DNA of 64,000 nt. It comes from Candidatus Staskawiczbacteria bacterium (GTDB lineage: Bacteria; Patescibacteriota; Minisyncoccia; Minisyncoccales; Staskawiczbacteraceae). The DNA lies in contig JBAZYR010000002.1 in assembly GCA_041659225.1 (NCBI GenBank), forward strand, positions 8,439 to 72,438. Reading direction: 5' to 3'. Shown here piece after piece: positions 63,748-64,000 of the stretch (its first letter is position 1; each line of letters starts with the position of its first letter). Below the pieces are notes generated by a model. The model did no database searches. It had not been told where the DNA came from and saw only the letters and a list, made by a program, of their open reading frames with translations. The translations under genes and the position numbers were made by a program.

Positions 63748-64000
63748 ATGGATATCATGCGAACTAAATTTTTAGCAGCGATATTTTCTCTTTCGTTGCT
63801 GTCTTTATGCGTCCCGATCCTCGCAAGCGCCGCCGCGCTTAACGTATGTGCCAAAACAGATGTTAATAATGACAAGAAAGTTGACGCCCAAGATACCGCT
63901 TTTATTCGGAATAATATCGGTTGCACTACCCCCGGAAATGATTGCCATAAGGCAGACGTTAATCGTAACGGCAAAGTAGATAACTTTGACGTTCTCTTAG
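63748..64000 (+). CDS. Secreted dockerin-repeat protein, 5' part (runs off the window)
   Basis: ATG at 63748. Signal peptide MDIMRTKFLAAIFSLSLLSLCVPILASA. Two dockerin-type Ca-binding segments, DVNNDKKVDAQD and DVNRNGKVDNFDVLL. Absent from the ORF track because no stop lies inside the window. Confidence 0.65.
   Translation, partial: MDIMRTKFLAAIFSLSLLSLCVPILASAAALNVCAKTDVNNDKKVDAQDTAFIRNNIGCTTPGNDCHKADVNRNGKVDNFDVLL

Noticed and set aside
63675-63974. A 99-aa minus-strand ORF at the window end.
   Set aside because: The plus strand encodes a signal peptide plus dockerin repeats from ATG 63748. The minus-strand product has no features.

Overview
The window looks like an AT-rich, small-genome bacterial chromosome. 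By gene content and style it resembles a Candidate Phyla Radiation / Patescibacteria organism, but that is an inference and no search was possible. The backbone is housekeeping: rseP (partial), mreB, gatCA, ftsB-like, an ABC-F ATPase, arsM, a DEAD-box helicase, proS, prfB (with the classical +1 frameshift site), ftsEX, trmD, rpmG, malic enzyme, dinB, a HlyD/MacB-type exporter, pcm and mltG. There are seven tRNAs: Gly-CCC, Thr-CGU, Gln-CUG, Ile-GAU, Tyr-GUA, Thr-GGU and Trp-CCA. No rRNA, CRISPR array, integrase or transposase was seen.

Backbone genes lack Shine-Dalgarno (SD) sequences, and several look leaderless. Interspersed are higher-G+C accessory segments whose genes carry strong GGAGG SD sites. 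The most notable items are:
1. A soluble PAS histidine kinase co-transcribed with a receiver-domain::RlmN/Cfr-like radical-SAM fusion (16.8-19.5 kb). It sits in a cluster with a stand-alone receiver overlapping a GreA-like factor and a divergent OmpR regulator.
2. An ~11.5 kb G+C-rich island (40.9-52.4 kb) after tRNA-Thr/rpmG. It carries pyrF, a pyrE-like gene, a PurC-PurE fusion, purB, large-type purL and two unknown genes. These are built as separate promoter/SD/terminator cassettes that share a leader motif CCTTT(G/T)ACAA and near-identical terminator hairpins.
3. A small-membrane-protein/cold-shock cassette (27.6-29.6 kb) beside a tandem metallophosphoesterase.
4. A NOX-like ferric reductase followed by a membrane-anchored tandem cytochrome b5.
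5. A secreted-protein cluster ending in a VWA/LTD giant gene broken by a 1-nt frameshift.
6. A 637-aa protein made of about nine cysteine-rich repeats.

All functional calls come from motif recognition in the supplied translations. No database search was run.
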